The translations under genes and the position numbers were made by a program. From positions 36,427-100,426 of the forward strand of contig CAYGKV010000002.1 of NCBI GenBank assembly GCA_964350885.1: 64,000 bases of DNA. The letters run 5' to 3'. Origin of the DNA: an uncultured Candidatus Saccharibacteria bacterium (GTDB taxonomy: Bacteria > Patescibacteriota > Minisyncoccia > Phycocordibacterales > UBA2100). Each line of letters opens with the position of its first letter. Position 1 is the first letter of the stretch. Below are positions 17,459 to 27,069 of this stretch, in pieces. Under the pieces are notes generated by a model. The model had not been told where the DNA came from, did no database searches, and worked only from the letters and a program-made list of their open reading frames with translations.

Positions 17459-17725
17459 TTAGGCCGAAATCGTTCGGAGTTGTTTTGCAGCTCGCGACTT
17501 CATGCGCGCTGCTGTGTTTTTCTTGAGTGTGCCCGCTTTTGCTGCCTTATCTATCGCTTTGTAAAGAGCCGGGAGAATCGCCGCGGCTTCTTTTGCGCTC
17601 TTGCTGACCACCAATTTTTCCATTCCCTTCGTAGTATCCTTGACCGCCTTTTTGCGTCGTGTATTAAAAATGCGGCGACGTTCTGCTACGCGCTTTGCCT
17701 TTTTTGCCGAGCTTGTATTAGCCAT
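17459..17725 (-). CDS. rpsT: 30S ribosomal protein S20 (start moved to MANTSSAKKAKR)
   Basis: MANTSSAKKAKRVAERRRIFNTRRKKAVKDTTK is canonical S20. The ORF-track N-terminal extension is spurious. Confidence 0.9.
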   Translation of the reverse strand: MANTSSAKKAKRVAERRRIFNTRRKKAVKDTTKGMEKLVVSKSAKEAAAILPALYKAIDKAAKAGTLKKNTAARMKSRAAKQLRTISA

Positions 17726-17779
17726 CCGCGCGATAGTACATGAAATGCAGAGGACGTGCAACCGCGCTATGATGGTCGC

Positions 17780-18352
17780 ATGATCGGACATCTCTCTGGA
17801 ATGATCGTCGGGGTGCGTGCCGGATTTGCAATCCTCTCTGTGCACGGAGTCGGATACAAAATATTCATGACGCGCGAAATGCTTGCCACGACCAAGCCAG
17901 AAAAAGAAATCTCCGTATGGACGCATCTTGCCGTCCGCGAGAATAGCCTCGACCTCTATGGATTTTCTACAGAGGAGGAGCTGCGGCTCTTTGAGCTCCT
18001 CCTCACCGTCTCAGGTATCGGGCCAAAGTCAGGACTCGCTGTCCTCGATATCGCGACCGTGGAGACGCTCCGCAGTGCGATTGCGGGCGGCAACGCCTCG
18101 TACCTTACCAAGGTATCGGGGATCGGGAGAAAGACGGCAGAGAAAATTGTGCTTGAACTTCAAGACAAGGTGGGTGCGATTGCTGAAGGGAGTGCCGCCG
18201 CCCTTCACGGCGACGGCGAGGCGCTCGAAGCGATGCGGGCGCTCGGGTATTCGCAAGCGGAAGCGCGCGATGCGCTCCGCAAAGTGCCCGCCGAGATCGA
18301 GCGCTCCAACGAGCGCCTGCGCGAAGCATTGAAAATTCTCGGCAGAAAATGA
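17780..18352 (+). CDS. ruvA: Holliday junction DNA helicase RuvA (start at MIGHLSG)
   Basis: MIGHLSGMIVG start, HhH pair (LLTVSGIGPKSGLAVL ... LTKVSGIGRKTAEKIVLEL), and a C-terminal domain III. Confidence 0.9.
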   Translation: MIGHLSGMIVGVRAGFAILSVHGVGYKIFMTREMLATTKPEKEISVWTHLAVRENSLDLYGFSTEEELRLFELLLTVSGIGPKSGLAVLDIATVETLRSAIAGGNASYLTKVSGIGRKTAEKIVLELQDKVGAIAEGSAAALHGDGEALEAMRALGYSQAEARDALRKVPAEIERSNERLREALKILGRK

Positions 18353-19614
18353 CAGCAATGGCGTACCTGAAGAAACTTCTCAAAAAAATCGCCCCCAGCG
18401 CTCTGGTGTCTTCCTACCATTTCCTCCTCGCGTACGTAAGCGCACTTCGTTTCGGCTTTCCTTCGCACTCACTCATCGTGGTAGCAGTCACGGGGACAAA
18501 AGGAAAATCGTCGACCACCGAGATGCTGAATGCAATCTTTGAGGAGGCGGGGCACACTACAGCGCTCCTTAATTCAATCCGCATCAAAATCGGCGATCAG
18601 TCAGAGCCAAATCTTCTGCGCATGTCGATGCCGGGGCGATTTTTCATCCAACGCTTTTTGCGCAACTCGGTCGACAAAAAATGCTCCGTCGCGATTCTTG
18701 AAATGACTTCGGAGGGAGCCCGGCAGTACCGACACCGTGCAATCGCGCTCGATGCTCTCATCTTCACCGGCCTCGCGCCAGAACATATCGAATCGCACGG
18801 TTCGTATAAAGCATACTCGGATGCAAAATTTGAGATTGGGCGGCAACTGGCGCGGGCGCGTAAGCGCCCGCGCTTCATCGTTGCAAATGCAAACGACCCC
18901 GAGAGCGGTCGGTATCTCGAGCTCCCTGTCGAACACGCGCTCCCCTTCTCTCTGTCGTCGAACGCCCCTTGGTCTGCAGACGAGCACGGGGGATATTTCA
19001 CGTTTGATGGCTCAAAGATCCCCGTGCACATGCCGGGAGAATTCTCTCTCAGAAATGCGCTCGCCGCGTCAGTGCTCGCGTGTGCACTCGGCATTGAAAC
19101 GCAGGTGATCATGCGCGCGCTTGATAGATTGAGACGCATCCCCGGCCGCGCCGAGCGGATCGAAGTCGGTCAAGATTTTATTGTTGTAGTCGATTACGCG
19201 CACACGCCAGATTCGCTTACCGCATTGTATGAAGCATATAAAAACCGGAGGAAAATTTGCGTCCTGGGCGCCACAGGTGGCGGGCGCGATACGTGGAAGC
19301 GGCCGGTCATGGGTGGTCTTGCTGATACACATTGCGATCATGTGATCCTTACCAACGAAGATCCGTACGATGAAGATCCGGATGCGATCGTACAAGCACT
19401 CGCCCAAGGCATGAAGCGTGTCCCCGAGATACTAATGGATCGTCGTGCCGCGATTCGGCGCGGATGCGAGTTGGCGAACAAAGGCGACGCCGTCCTCATC
19501 ACCGGCAAGGGCACGGATCCGTGCATTTGCGGCCCCAATGGAAGCAAGGTCCCGTGGAGCGATGCGGAAGTGGCTCGGGAAGAGATCAAAAAAATCTCGG
19601 CGCGTACCGTATAA
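18349..19614 (+). CDS. murE: Mur ligase, MurE-like, with a short N-terminal domain
   Basis: P-loop VTGTKGKSSTT and VVDYAHTPDSL (the MurE DYAHTPD motif). The position equivalent to the DAP-specifying DNPR motif reads EDPY, suggesting a non-DAP diamino acid. Confidence 0.75.
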   Translation: MTAMAYLKKLLKKIAPSALVSSYHFLLAYVSALRFGFPSHSLIVVAVTGTKGKSSTTEMLNAIFEEAGHTTALLNSIRIKIGDQSEPNLLRMSMPGRFFIQRFLRNSVDKKCSVAILEMTSEGARQYRHRAIALDALIFTGLAPEHIESHGSYKAYSDAKFEIGRQLARARKRPRFIVANANDPESGRYLELPVEHALPFSLSSNAPWSADEHGGYFTFDGSKIPVHMPGEFSLRNALAASVLACALGIETQVIMRALDRLRRIPGRAERIEVGQDFIVVVDYAHTPDSLTALYEAYKNRRKICVLGATGGGRDTWKRPVMGGLADTHCDHVILTNEDPYDEDPDAIVQALAQGMKRVPEILMDRRAAIRRGCELANKGDAVLITGKGTDPCICGPNGSKVPWSDAEVAREEIKKISARTV

Positions 19615-19623
19615 TGATTCTGT

Positions 19624-20628
19624 ATGTCTTCTGGACACAAGCCGAGAATGATTCGAACAGTTCTCCTTGCGTCCGCAGCAATTTTTATTATCGGCCTCAT
19701 CATTTCCTGGTTCGTGACAGGGGGTGTGGCAGATACGGTACGCTCGGCAAAAAATCTCACCAATCCGGTCGAGTGGTTTTTGGGTGGGGATATGGTGGGG
19801 GGGTCTATACGTCTCCCGTGGCAACCCGAGATCACTCCCGTGCCAATTCAAGGATACGAGGCCGGAGTCGGCGACCGCTCTCTCTCCGAGCAGCGCGCGG
19901 CAATCGAGGCACTGTATGGGTCGACCGACATACCCGAAAGTGACGCACGAACGTTTGGTAATCCTTCTCCATATGTCGGTCGGATCATGTTTACAGACAA
20001 GAACATCTCGGAAAATAACCCATCCAGTGAGTACGTGGTGCTCACCGCAAGCGGAGGCACGCCCGTCGAGCTCGCGGGCTGGTCGCTACAAAGCGCGATC
20101 TCCGGAGTACGCATGACGATTCCGAGCGCCGCGCCGATCTTTATGCTCGGTGCTATCAATAGTCTCCAGCCAATATCCCTTGAGCCGGGCGCTTCGGTGA
20201 TTGTAACCAGCGGGATCTCTCCCGTAGGCTCATCGTTCCGCGAAAATATATGCACTGGGTACTTAAACGAGCTTCAATCCTTCACGCCACGCCTTACAAC
20301 GTCCTGCCCTGCGCCCTATGAGATGTTGCCTATAACGGCAGACAATATAAAAACGTATGGCGACGGGTGCCTCGACTATGTAAACAATCTGGAGCAGTGT
20401 CATTTCCCTTCAGATATCCCAAAAACTCTCTCTCCAGCCTGCCGTGTATTCGTCGCAGATACATTCTCGTACAACGGCTGCGTAAACACGCATCGGAATG
20501 AAAGTGGTTTCGCACGATCTTCGTGGCGTGCGTACCTCGGATTCGGCGCCAATCTGTGGAGAAATACGCACGACGTAATCCGCCTCCTCGACGAACGAGG
20601 ACAAGTGGTTGACGTACTCACCTACTGA
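19624..20628 (+). CDS. Membrane-anchored secreted protein with a lamin-tail-domain (LTD)-like segment
   Basis: N-terminal TM. NNPSSEYVVLTASGGTPVELAGWSLQSA resembles the LTD core (N..GEWVEL.N.G...V.L.GW.L). Confidence 0.55.
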   Translation: MSSGHKPRMIRTVLLASAAIFIIGLIISWFVTGGVADTVRSAKNLTNPVEWFLGGDMVGGSIRLPWQPEITPVPIQGYEAGVGDRSLSEQRAAIEALYGSTDIPESDARTFGNPSPYVGRIMFTDKNISENNPSSEYVVLTASGGTPVELAGWSLQSAISGVRMTIPSAAPIFMLGAINSLQPISLEPGASVIVTSGISPVGSSFRENICTGYLNELQSFTPRLTTSCPAPYEMLPITADNIKTYGDGCLDYVNNLEQCHFPSDIPKTLSPACRVFVADTFSYNGCVNTHRNESGFARSSWRAYLGFGANLWRNTHDVIRLLDERGQVVDVLTY

Positions 20629-21089
20629 ATCGTGTTGAACAAAATAATCCCCGCGGCAACGGAGACGTTCAAAGATTCTTTGCTGCCACGCATTGGGATT
20701 TCGATAATTTCGTCACATTTTTTCCTCAATTCTTTTGATAACCCGCGAACTTCGTTACCGAAGATAAAAAGTGTAGGCTTTTTTATTTTGAATGCACGAT
20801 AATCACCCGCACGCACATCTTGTTCGACCCCGACAACGGTCCACCCAGTATTCTTTAGCTTTGAGATACATGATGTAGGAGCTTTGAAGTATTCCCAAAC
20901 GAGACTCTTCTCGGCGCCAAGTGCTGTCTTTGCGATTTCTTTTTGCGCGCGCCCAAACCTATCGATCGGGGTAGGCGTGTACCCAGAGAGATACACGTGG
21001 GCAACGCCCGCCGCGTCGGCCGTACGAAATATCGAGCCGACGTTGTGCGAACTTCGAATATTGTGCAACAAAACTGCTATTTCTTTCAT
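20622..21089 (-). CDS. SpoU/TrmH-family RNA 2'-O-methyltransferase
   Basis: HNVGSIFRTADAAG and LIFGNEVRGLS...IPMRGSKESLNVSVAAGI are SPOUT class motifs. Confidence 0.8.
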   Translation of the reverse strand: MKEIAVLLHNIRSSHNVGSIFRTADAAGVAHVYLSGYTPTPIDRFGRAQKEIAKTALGAEKSLVWEYFKAPTSCISKLKNTGWTVVGVEQDVRAGDYRAFKIKKPTLFIFGNEVRGLSKELRKKCDEIIEIPMRGSKESLNVSVAAGIILFNTIQ

Positions 21090-21124
21090 GTCGGCACCAT
21101 ATCACGGGGGTGCTATAATCGCGG

Positions 21125-21470
21125 CATGCTTTCATTATTCCCCGAAATTCTTTTCCTCGCTCCAGTATCCGCGCTTCTTTTACGCCTCGCTCTCGCTTGT
21201 GTATTGGGGTATGCGGCGTGGAAACATGTTTCTCACGAAGAGAGTGTCGTTCGCGCGTTCAGTGTTTTCGAAATTGCGACTGCCGGAGTACTTATCGCTG
21301 GAGTGTGGACACAGGGCGCAGCCATCGCCGCGCTCGCTGTAATCGCCATACACGTTGCTATCCCACGGTTACGAACTGCAGCGCTCGGGACGACGCTGCT
21401 CTCGCTCGCCATTTCACTTTCGCTCGTTGTAACCGGAGCCGGCGCTCTCGCCTTCGACCTCCCGCTGTAG
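21125..21470 (+). CDS. Small 3-4 TM membrane protein (possibly DoxX-like); start at MLSLFPE
   Basis: Hydrophobic helices. The upstream part of the track ORF is probably non-coding. Confidence 0.4.
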
Positions 21471-21509
21471 TAGAAAACGAAGCGTGTATCTGCTACGATG
21501 CACAATCAT

Positions 21510-21580
21510 CCCCTCGTAGCTCAATGGTAGAGCATGTGCCTTTTAAGCACGTGACGGAGGTCCGATTCCTCCCGGGGGGA
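21510..21580 (+). tRNA. tRNA-Lys (anticodon TTT), no encoded CCA
   Basis: D-arm GCTC/AATGGTA/GAGC, anticodon arm TGTGC-CTTTTAA-GCACG, T-arm GGAGG-TCCGATT-CCTCC. The acceptor stem begins C1-G72 and position 55 is C, both slightly atypical. The exact 5' end is uncertain by 1 nt. Confidence 0.75.
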
Positions 21581-21603
21581 CTCGTGCCGTCATCAAATGA
21601 AAA

Positions 21604-21628
21604 GCCGCCCCAACTCGGGGCGGCTTTT
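21604..21628. terminator. Bidirectional rho-independent terminator between tRNA-Lys (+) and the convergent 21646 gene (-)
   Basis: aaaa-GCCGCCCC-aactc-GGGGCGGC-tttt: a perfect 8-bp GC stem flanked by A and T runs. Confidence 0.7.
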
Positions 21629-21645
21629 CGAGAACCGTGCTTCCG

Positions 21646-22278
21646 CTAGTTTGTGCGGAAGGTAGACGGCCATGTCAATTGCACGTTACCAGACCCGTCT
21701 CTCGTGTAGATGACGTAGTAGTACGTCGTGTTGTTCTGCAGCCCAGACAAAGACACGTTTTGAGACGTGCGCAGCAATGTATCAGTCATCGCTACACTTC
21801 CCCCGATCGTTGCATCAGTGAGTGTATCTGTCATGGAAGGCCACGAGGTACCGTAGTAGACAATTCCCGCAGCCTGCTCAGTGGTGTTCCACTGTATGGA
21901 TGCAGAATTCGCTCTTACGGTCGGTATTACTCCCCAGATCCTTGGCGCGTTAACGTCTGCACCAACGTTACCGCTCATTTGTGCATTGAGTGCGACGCGG
22001 GTAATAGGGCCGACGCGACCGACCGGATCAATGCCGTTGCGGACCTGGAACCTGGTGACTGCAGCTGCAGTCAGGTTTCCGAAGTAACCCGTCACGAGCC
22101 CCTGAGGATAGAGGGTCGCGTCTTTGGCGAGAAACGATTGGAGTGCGGAGACGTCCGAGCCGGACATGCCAACATCGAGAGACCGATTAAGAATTTCCGC
22201 GTTCGCGATGCCAGCGACCGAGAAGATCGCCAGCGCGAGCACTCCGAAGAAGGCTGAGAGATTTTTTGTTGTTGTCAT
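21646..22278 (-). CDS. Secreted protein with a peptidoglycan-binding (PG_binding_1) domain and a fibronectin-III domain
   Basis: Signal peptide. DVSALQSFLAKDATLYPQGLVTGYFGNLTAAAVTRFQVRNGI is the PGBD signature. The C-terminus has an Fn3-like NTTYYYVIY pattern. Confidence 0.7.
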   Translation of the reverse strand: MTTTKNLSAFFGVLALAIFSVAGIANAEILNRSLDVGMSGSDVSALQSFLAKDATLYPQGLVTGYFGNLTAAAVTRFQVRNGIDPVGRVGPITRVALNAQMSGNVGADVNAPRIWGVIPTVRANSASIQWNTTEQAAGIVYYGTSWPSMTDTLTDATIGGSVAMTDTLLRTSQNVSLSGLQNNTTYYYVIYTRDGSGNVQLTWPSTFRTN

Positions 22279-22433
22279 AATATTAGTTTTATACGATTAA
22301 GTTGCGAACCACGTACGAGATGGGTGTCGACCTTGAGTACACCTCTCGAGTGGGTAGATGTATCTACCCATAAGTGTGTCAAAGAGACCGTGTGGTTTTC
22401 ATGAAGATTGGCCCCGTCGAAGACAAACTTGAT

Positions 22434-22640
22434 TTATCGAGCAGGAGTCCCCGTGTCTGGAATTGGGATCGGCATAATGACATTTATATTTGTAGCATCA
22501 GAGGCCGCTCCTCTAAAAAAACCATTTTGGTACAAAGCAAAGCCGCCGACAGCGACCGCAATGATAATAATGAGTGCAACGACCCACCCTGCGCCGCTAT
22601 CGCTCGTAGCCGGTGTATTAGTAACGATTGTGTCTGCCAT
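22434..22640 (-). CDS. Possible small single-TM protein (68 aa from MADTIV)
   Basis: Weak. Hydrophobic core VVALIIIIAVAVGGFALY. A same-size ORF exists on the opposite strand and the two cannot be distinguished here. Confidence 0.25.
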   Translation of the reverse strand: MADTIVTNTPATSDSGAGWVVALIIIIAVAVGGFALYQNGFFRGAASDATNINVIMPIPIPDTGTPAR

Positions 22641-22720
22641 AAAATAAAAGTGAGCTGCTAAGCCCATAAGAATGACACAGCGCAAGTGAAGGGGGCGTGA
22701 ACAAAACTCACCGATTAAAT

Positions 22721-23263
22721 CTACTCGGCGCTGTTTAGCCGTTCAAGTTGCTGGACACGCATCTCGAGTTCCTTGGTCCTGTCCGACACAGCCGTATTGA
22801 GCTTCACGGCATAATCGCGGAGTTTCTCTTCAAGTTCTTTTTGCTTGGTTATATCTTCCATCGCCAAGAGCACTATAGGGTGGGAGCTCTGCGCCGAGTA
22901 GACCCGGCGGGCATTCAAAAGAATGATCCTCCGTCCTATGCCGGGAAAGACGTGGTCCACTTGGTAATCCGCAAAAAACGTACTCTTGGGCAGTATTTTC
23001 TCCAAAAGCTTCTTGAGAGCGGGAATGTCCCACTGCCCGTCACCCAAATCGTATACCAGCCTGCCTTCAGTGGCCTTCTTCGCAACTTTAAAGAATCGAT
23101 AGAAGGTCTTGTTGGCGGAAAGGACGCGAAGTTTCGGGTCCAGTATGAGGAAAGGCTCGCGGGCCGTGTCTATGACAGTGCGTATGTATATCCACGCAAC
23201 GCGCCACAATATATCCGCATCCGGTGGGCCTTTTTTCTGGACCTTCTTTTTTGGTTTTTTCAT
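22721..23263 (-). CDS. Standalone PAS-domain protein, paralogous to the PAS region of the 24794 kinase
   Basis: EPFLILDPKLRVLSANKTFYRFFKV...DIPALKKLLEKILPKSTFFADYQVDHVFPGIGRRIILLNARRV aligns with residues ~125-225 of the 24794 histidine kinase. Confidence 0.7.
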   Translation of the reverse strand: MKKPKKKVQKKGPPDADILWRVAWIYIRTVIDTAREPFLILDPKLRVLSANKTFYRFFKVAKKATEGRLVYDLGDGQWDIPALKKLLEKILPKSTFFADYQVDHVFPGIGRRIILLNARRVYSAQSSHPIVLLAMEDITKQKELEEKLRDYAVKLNTAVSDRTKELEMRVQQLERLNSAE

Positions 23264-23284
23264 ACGTAGTTTGAGCTTAACGCC

Positions 23285-24376
23285 CTATACCAAAGGCAGC
23301 GTGAAGAAGAAAATCGTCCCCTTCCCCTGGATGCTCTTGACCCAGAGCCGTTCGTTATGCCGTTTGATGATCTCTTTGGAGATATAGAGTCCCAACCCGG
23401 AGCCCGCGACATTCCCCGCCACTGTTTCGTTCGTACGGAAAAAGCGCGTGTATATTTCCCGCAGATCTTTCTTGGCGATACCGGGCCCGAAGTCCTGGAT
23501 CGAGATCGTGCATTTATTCTTTCGGCGTCCGATGTGTATGAACACTTTGTCGGCCTGAGGCGAATATTTAATTGCATTGGTGAGAAGGTTGATGAGTACT
23601 TGCGTAATACGGTCTTTGTCGGCGCGCACTTCGCGCCCGACCCCGCCCGTACAGGTGACCTTGTGAAGCGGGGTGGTTTCGTGAAAATCGCGGATGACTT
23701 TCGCGATAAGCGTATTTGGATTGAACACTTCTTTTTTGAGCTCCAATCTTCCTCCCTCAAGCTTACCCACGATCATCAAGTCATCAACAAGCGTCACTAG
23801 GCGGGCGGCCTGATTCTGGATATCTCGCAGCATGAGCAAATTTTGTTTATCGCCCTCTATCTGCAGTCGTCGCGCAAGAAGCTCCGAGTACAGCGAGAGC
23901 GTCGTAATCGGATTCTTGAGTTCGTGTGATGCGATGCCGATGTATTCATCTCTCCTCTGTTCGATTGCTCGTTGCTGCGAGATATCTTGCGTAATCAATA
24001 CGTAATACACCGCTCCTTTCTTGCCGTCCTTCACGCTCGTAATGTATGAACGCGCCCAAAAATGCGAGCCGTCCTTGCGCACGCGAATGCCTTCGGCCGT
24101 GAAGCCGCCTTTCTTTGCCGCAACCGCGAGTGCTTTTCTGAAGGCCTTGCGTCGTATTTCTTCTTTTGAGAAAAAGATGGAATAACTTTTCCCCATAACT
24201 TCATCCGCTGTATAGCCGATGAGCCGCTCAGAACTCATGTTCCAGCTGACGATACGTCCAAGACTGTCGAGCATGCATATGCCGTGCTCGTTTGTATTGT
24301 CAAATAGTACGCGGAGTTGCCGGTCGCTTTTGGTAGCGGTGTTCTTCGCGATTCTTTTTTGGTGGAGCGTTGCCAT
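23285..24376 (-). CDS. Cytoplasmic PAS-sensor histidine kinase
   Basis: PAS segment (GICMLDSLGRIVSWN...), H-box IASHELKNPITTL, and HATPase motifs (NLLTNAIKYS, DFGPGI, GSGLGLYISKEI). Confidence 0.85.
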   Translation of the reverse strand: MATLHQKRIAKNTATKSDRQLRVLFDNTNEHGICMLDSLGRIVSWNMSSERLIGYTADEVMGKSYSIFFSKEEIRRKAFRKALAVAAKKGGFTAEGIRVRKDGSHFWARSYITSVKDGKKGAVYYVLITQDISQQRAIEQRRDEYIGIASHELKNPITTLSLYSELLARRLQIEGDKQNLLMLRDIQNQAARLVTLVDDLMIVGKLEGGRLELKKEVFNPNTLIAKVIRDFHETTPLHKVTCTGGVGREVRADKDRITQVLINLLTNAIKYSPQADKVFIHIGRRKNKCTISIQDFGPGIAKKDLREIYTRFFRTNETVAGNVAGSGLGLYISKEIIKRHNERLWVKSIQGKGTIFFFTLPLV

Positions 24377-24793
24377 ACCGTGTGGTCAGCATCCGGGGGA
24401 CGAAAAGACTCCTTGGCCGAGGGTTGCGTGACCGATATTGAACTGGGGAAGGGACAGAAGATAGACAAGAAACATGTAGACCACCCGAGCGACTCCCTTC
24501 CAGATAGAGAAATCAGGCTACATAGTTGACGCTATCACACTTATCCACATGTCCCTACCTATTCTCTTTGCGCATGAAGAGGGATAACCTCTGTATAACG
24601 TATGTATAACGTGTAGATAGAGCTGTGGACACTGAAAGTCCCGCATATAAGCCACTCCCTTGGGCACTCCCCTTCTTCATACAAACTTCATAGAGCATGA
24701 GGTATAACAAACGTTGGCCTTAACCGAAGACATCAATACCCGCACAAGTCCTGGGGGATTCTTCCCGTTATTTCTCTGGATGAACAGATATAC

Positions 24794-26182
24794 ATGATAA
24801 AGAAAAAGGCCACTCAAAGCACAAAAAAACCACGCCGAACAACCAAAATCCGCCCCAAGAAACGACAACCTGTTCAAGATACGATTGCGCGTTTTAACGC
24901 CGCAACAATAGCGCGCGACGTCGCCGACCAGAAACGCGCGACGGAACTCGTCATCGCCAACAAAGAGCTGGTCTTCCAAAATAAGGAGAAGGAGAAGCGC
25001 TCAGCAGAGCTCGTGATTGCCAACAAAGAACTGGCATTTCAAAATATTGAAAAGGCGAAGCGCGCGGCTGAGATGGTCATCGCCAACAAAGAACTCGCGT
25101 TTCAGGCCAAGCTCGAACAAACTCTCTCCTACGCACAGGGAATTCTGGGCACTATGCGCGAGCCCCTGCTCGTCTTGGACAAAGATCTGCGCATCAAGAC
25201 CGCCAACGACGCCTTTTACACGATGTTCTCTATCACCGAGAAAGACACCGAGGGCGCGCTCATCTACGAGCTCAAGAACCGACGGTGGGACACCTCGCAG
25301 TTGCGTGAAGCTTTGGAGAAAATCCTCCCCCAGAAATCATCGTTCAGCGACCTCGAAATTACCTTCGATTTTCCCGGCATCGGTTCCAAAATCATGCTCT
25401 TCAACGGCCGCAGGCTCATCCAGAGCGAAGTGGGCGAGGATCTCATCCTTCTTGCCATGCAAGACATTACTGAGAAGCGCCTGCTTCAGCAGCGTAACGA
25501 CAGTTTCATGAGTATGGCGAGTCATGAACTCAAGACGCCCGTGACCACCATCAAGACGCTCGTGCAGATCCTTCAAAAACAACACGAGAGCAGCACCAAC
25601 AAAACACTCGTGGATTACCTCGGGCGTATGGCGCAGCAGACGGAGCAACTCACCAAACTCGTCACCGACCTTCTCGATGTGTCGAAGATCAAAGCAGACA
25701 AATTCGAACTCGAAGAAAAAGTATTCGACTTCGATCCGCTCGCGCTCGAGGTCGTCAAATCGTGCCAATTCCTCTCGCAAGAACACGAGATCATCCTCAA
25801 CGGAGAAACGGGCGCAAAAGCGTGCGGAGACCGCAACGCCATCGGCCGCGTATTCACCAACATCATCGTAAACGCCATCAAGTACGCCCCGAAGACTGAC
25901 AAAATCATCGTGACGCTCTCGCACACCAAGAATAACCTCTGTGTGAGTATCCAGGACTTCGGCGTGGGCATCGCTCCTGATCACACCGACAAGATCTTCC
26001 AGCGCTTCTTCCAGGTGGGCAATGAAAGCGGGCAGAATTTCGCGGGTTTAGGTATCGGCCTCTACATCGCACAAGCCATCGTGGCCCAACACAAAGGCCG
26101 CATATGGGTGGAGAGCAAAGAGGGTGCAGGTTCTACTTTCTTTTTCACCCTTCCGATAGCGTCTGAGAAAAAGAGCGTATGA
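24794..26182 (+). CDS. PAS-sensor histidine kinase with N-terminal 3x22-aa tandem repeats
   Basis: H-box MASHELKTPVTT, N-box NIIVNAIKYAP, G-boxes DFGVGI and GLGIGLYIAQAI. Its stop overlaps the start of the downstream receiver gene (ATGA). Confidence 0.85.
   Translation: MIKKKATQSTKKPRRTTKIRPKKRQPVQDTIARFNAATIARDVADQKRATELVIANKELVFQNKEKEKRSAELVIANKELAFQNIEKAKRAAEMVIANKELAFQAKLEQTLSYAQGILGTMREPLLVLDKDLRIKTANDAFYTMFSITEKDTEGALIYELKNRRWDTSQLREALEKILPQKSSFSDLEITFDFPGIGSKIMLFNGRRLIQSEVGEDLILLAMQDITEKRLLQQRNDSFMSMASHELKTPVTTIKTLVQILQKQHESSTNKTLVDYLGRMAQQTEQLTKLVTDLLDVSKIKADKFELEEKVFDFDPLALEVVKSCQFLSQEHEIILNGETGAKACGDRNAIGRVFTNIIVNAIKYAPKTDKIIVTLSHTKNNLCVSIQDFGVGIAPDHTDKIFQRFFQVGNESGQNFAGLGIGLYIAQAIVAQHKGRIWVESKEGAGSTFFFTLPIASEKKSV
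24938..25139 (+). repeat. Three tandem 66-nt (22-aa) in-frame repeats ELVIANKELxFQNxEKxKRxAE inside the kinase gene
   Basis: Read directly: ATELVIANKELVFQNKEKEKRS / AELVIANKELAFQNIEKAKRA / AEMVIANKELAFQAKLEQ, with matching 66-nt periodicity in the DNA. Confidence 0.7.
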
Positions 26183-26547
26183 ATGCCCTCCGCAAAAAGA
26201 AACGAATCTTAGTTATCGACGACAACACGGGCATCCTTTTTGCCATGCAACAAGCACTCGGCCTTAAAGACTACGATGTGCACATATCAGAGAAATTCAC
26301 GGGCGTTGATTCCGTAGCGAAAATTGCTCCGAACCTCATCTATCTCGACATCTCACTCGTGGGTCAGGACGGCCGCGAGATTTCGCGTGAACTTAAGAAT
26401 AACAAGAAGACGAAAAATATACCCATCATCATTCTTACCGCCTACCCCAACGCGGCCGAGCTCGCCAAAGAAGCTGGAGCAAACGACTTTCTCCCCAAAC
26501 CATTCGAACTTGATGACCTGTGGAAGATGACCGCGAAATACGCATAA
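26179..26547 (+). CDS. Single-domain response regulator (CheY-like receiver)
   Basis: ILVIDDNTG...LIYLDISL...IPIIILTAY...KPFE carries the receiver Asp pocket and the phosphoacceptor D. Confidence 0.85.
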   Translation: MNALRKKKRILVIDDNTGILFAMQQALGLKDYDVHISEKFTGVDSVAKIAPNLIYLDISLVGQDGREISRELKNNKKTKNIPIIILTAYPNAAELAKEAGANDFLPKPFELDDLWKMTAKYA

Positions 26548-26799
26548 CCCTCACCACATCTTCATGCTCACTTTGCTATCGTGAGTAGATGAATTATTTC
26601 GGACTGCTCAACCCGAAGCTGGAAACTCCCGCCTTGAAGAGCGTCCTCACGGAAAAGGGCGTGCGGTTAATGGCATTAGGCGCTTCGGGTTTGAACCGCA
26701 AGACCAACGTCCTACGCACTATGTTTGAAGCCAACCGCCACCGCGCATCATCGAGTTACTCCACCTGAGCGCTCAGCAATAGACTTTCTCTACAAAAAA

Positions 26800-27063
26800 T
26801 TAAGTCCCGAAGAGTTCGTGATGCGTGCCAATCGCGATGAAGCGCACAATGGTGGCGCTTTCGTGATAGAAAATTGCGCGGTAGTCGCCGGTCACGTTGA
26901 TACTCTTGCAGCCGATGTACGGACTGTGGAGTAAATGAATATTCAAAGCTGGGTCGAGCGGGTTCGAGATAAAGGTATTCCGACGTTCTTTAAACTTCTC
27001 CCTAATCTTGAGTGGGAGTTTCTGATAGCTCTTCTTGAATTTCTTGGAATAAAGAGCAATCAT
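26800..27063 (-). CDS. RelE/ParE-superfamily toxin
   Basis: 87 aa. KKFKKSYQKLPLKIREKFKERRNTFISNP...LHSPYIGCKSINVTGDYRAIFY...IVRFIAIGTHHE fits the RelE/YoeB fold pattern. Confidence 0.7.
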   Translation of the reverse strand: MIALYSKKFKKSYQKLPLKIREKFKERRNTFISNPLDPALNIHLLHSPYIGCKSINVTGDYRAIFYHESATIVRFIAIGTHHELFGT

Positions 27064-27069
27064 GGGTCT

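Noticed and set aside
17083-17743. Overlapping ORFs 17083-17367, 17136-17360, 17188-17379 and 17213-17743
   Set aside because: They span tRNA-Arg(GCG) and the structured spacer. Mutually overlapping on both strands, with no motifs.
26589-26765. 58-aa ORF MNYFGLLNPKLETPALKSVLTEKG... upstream of the toxin-antitoxin pair
   Set aside because: Too short and featureless to call. Mentioned only as context for the toxin-antitoxin finding.
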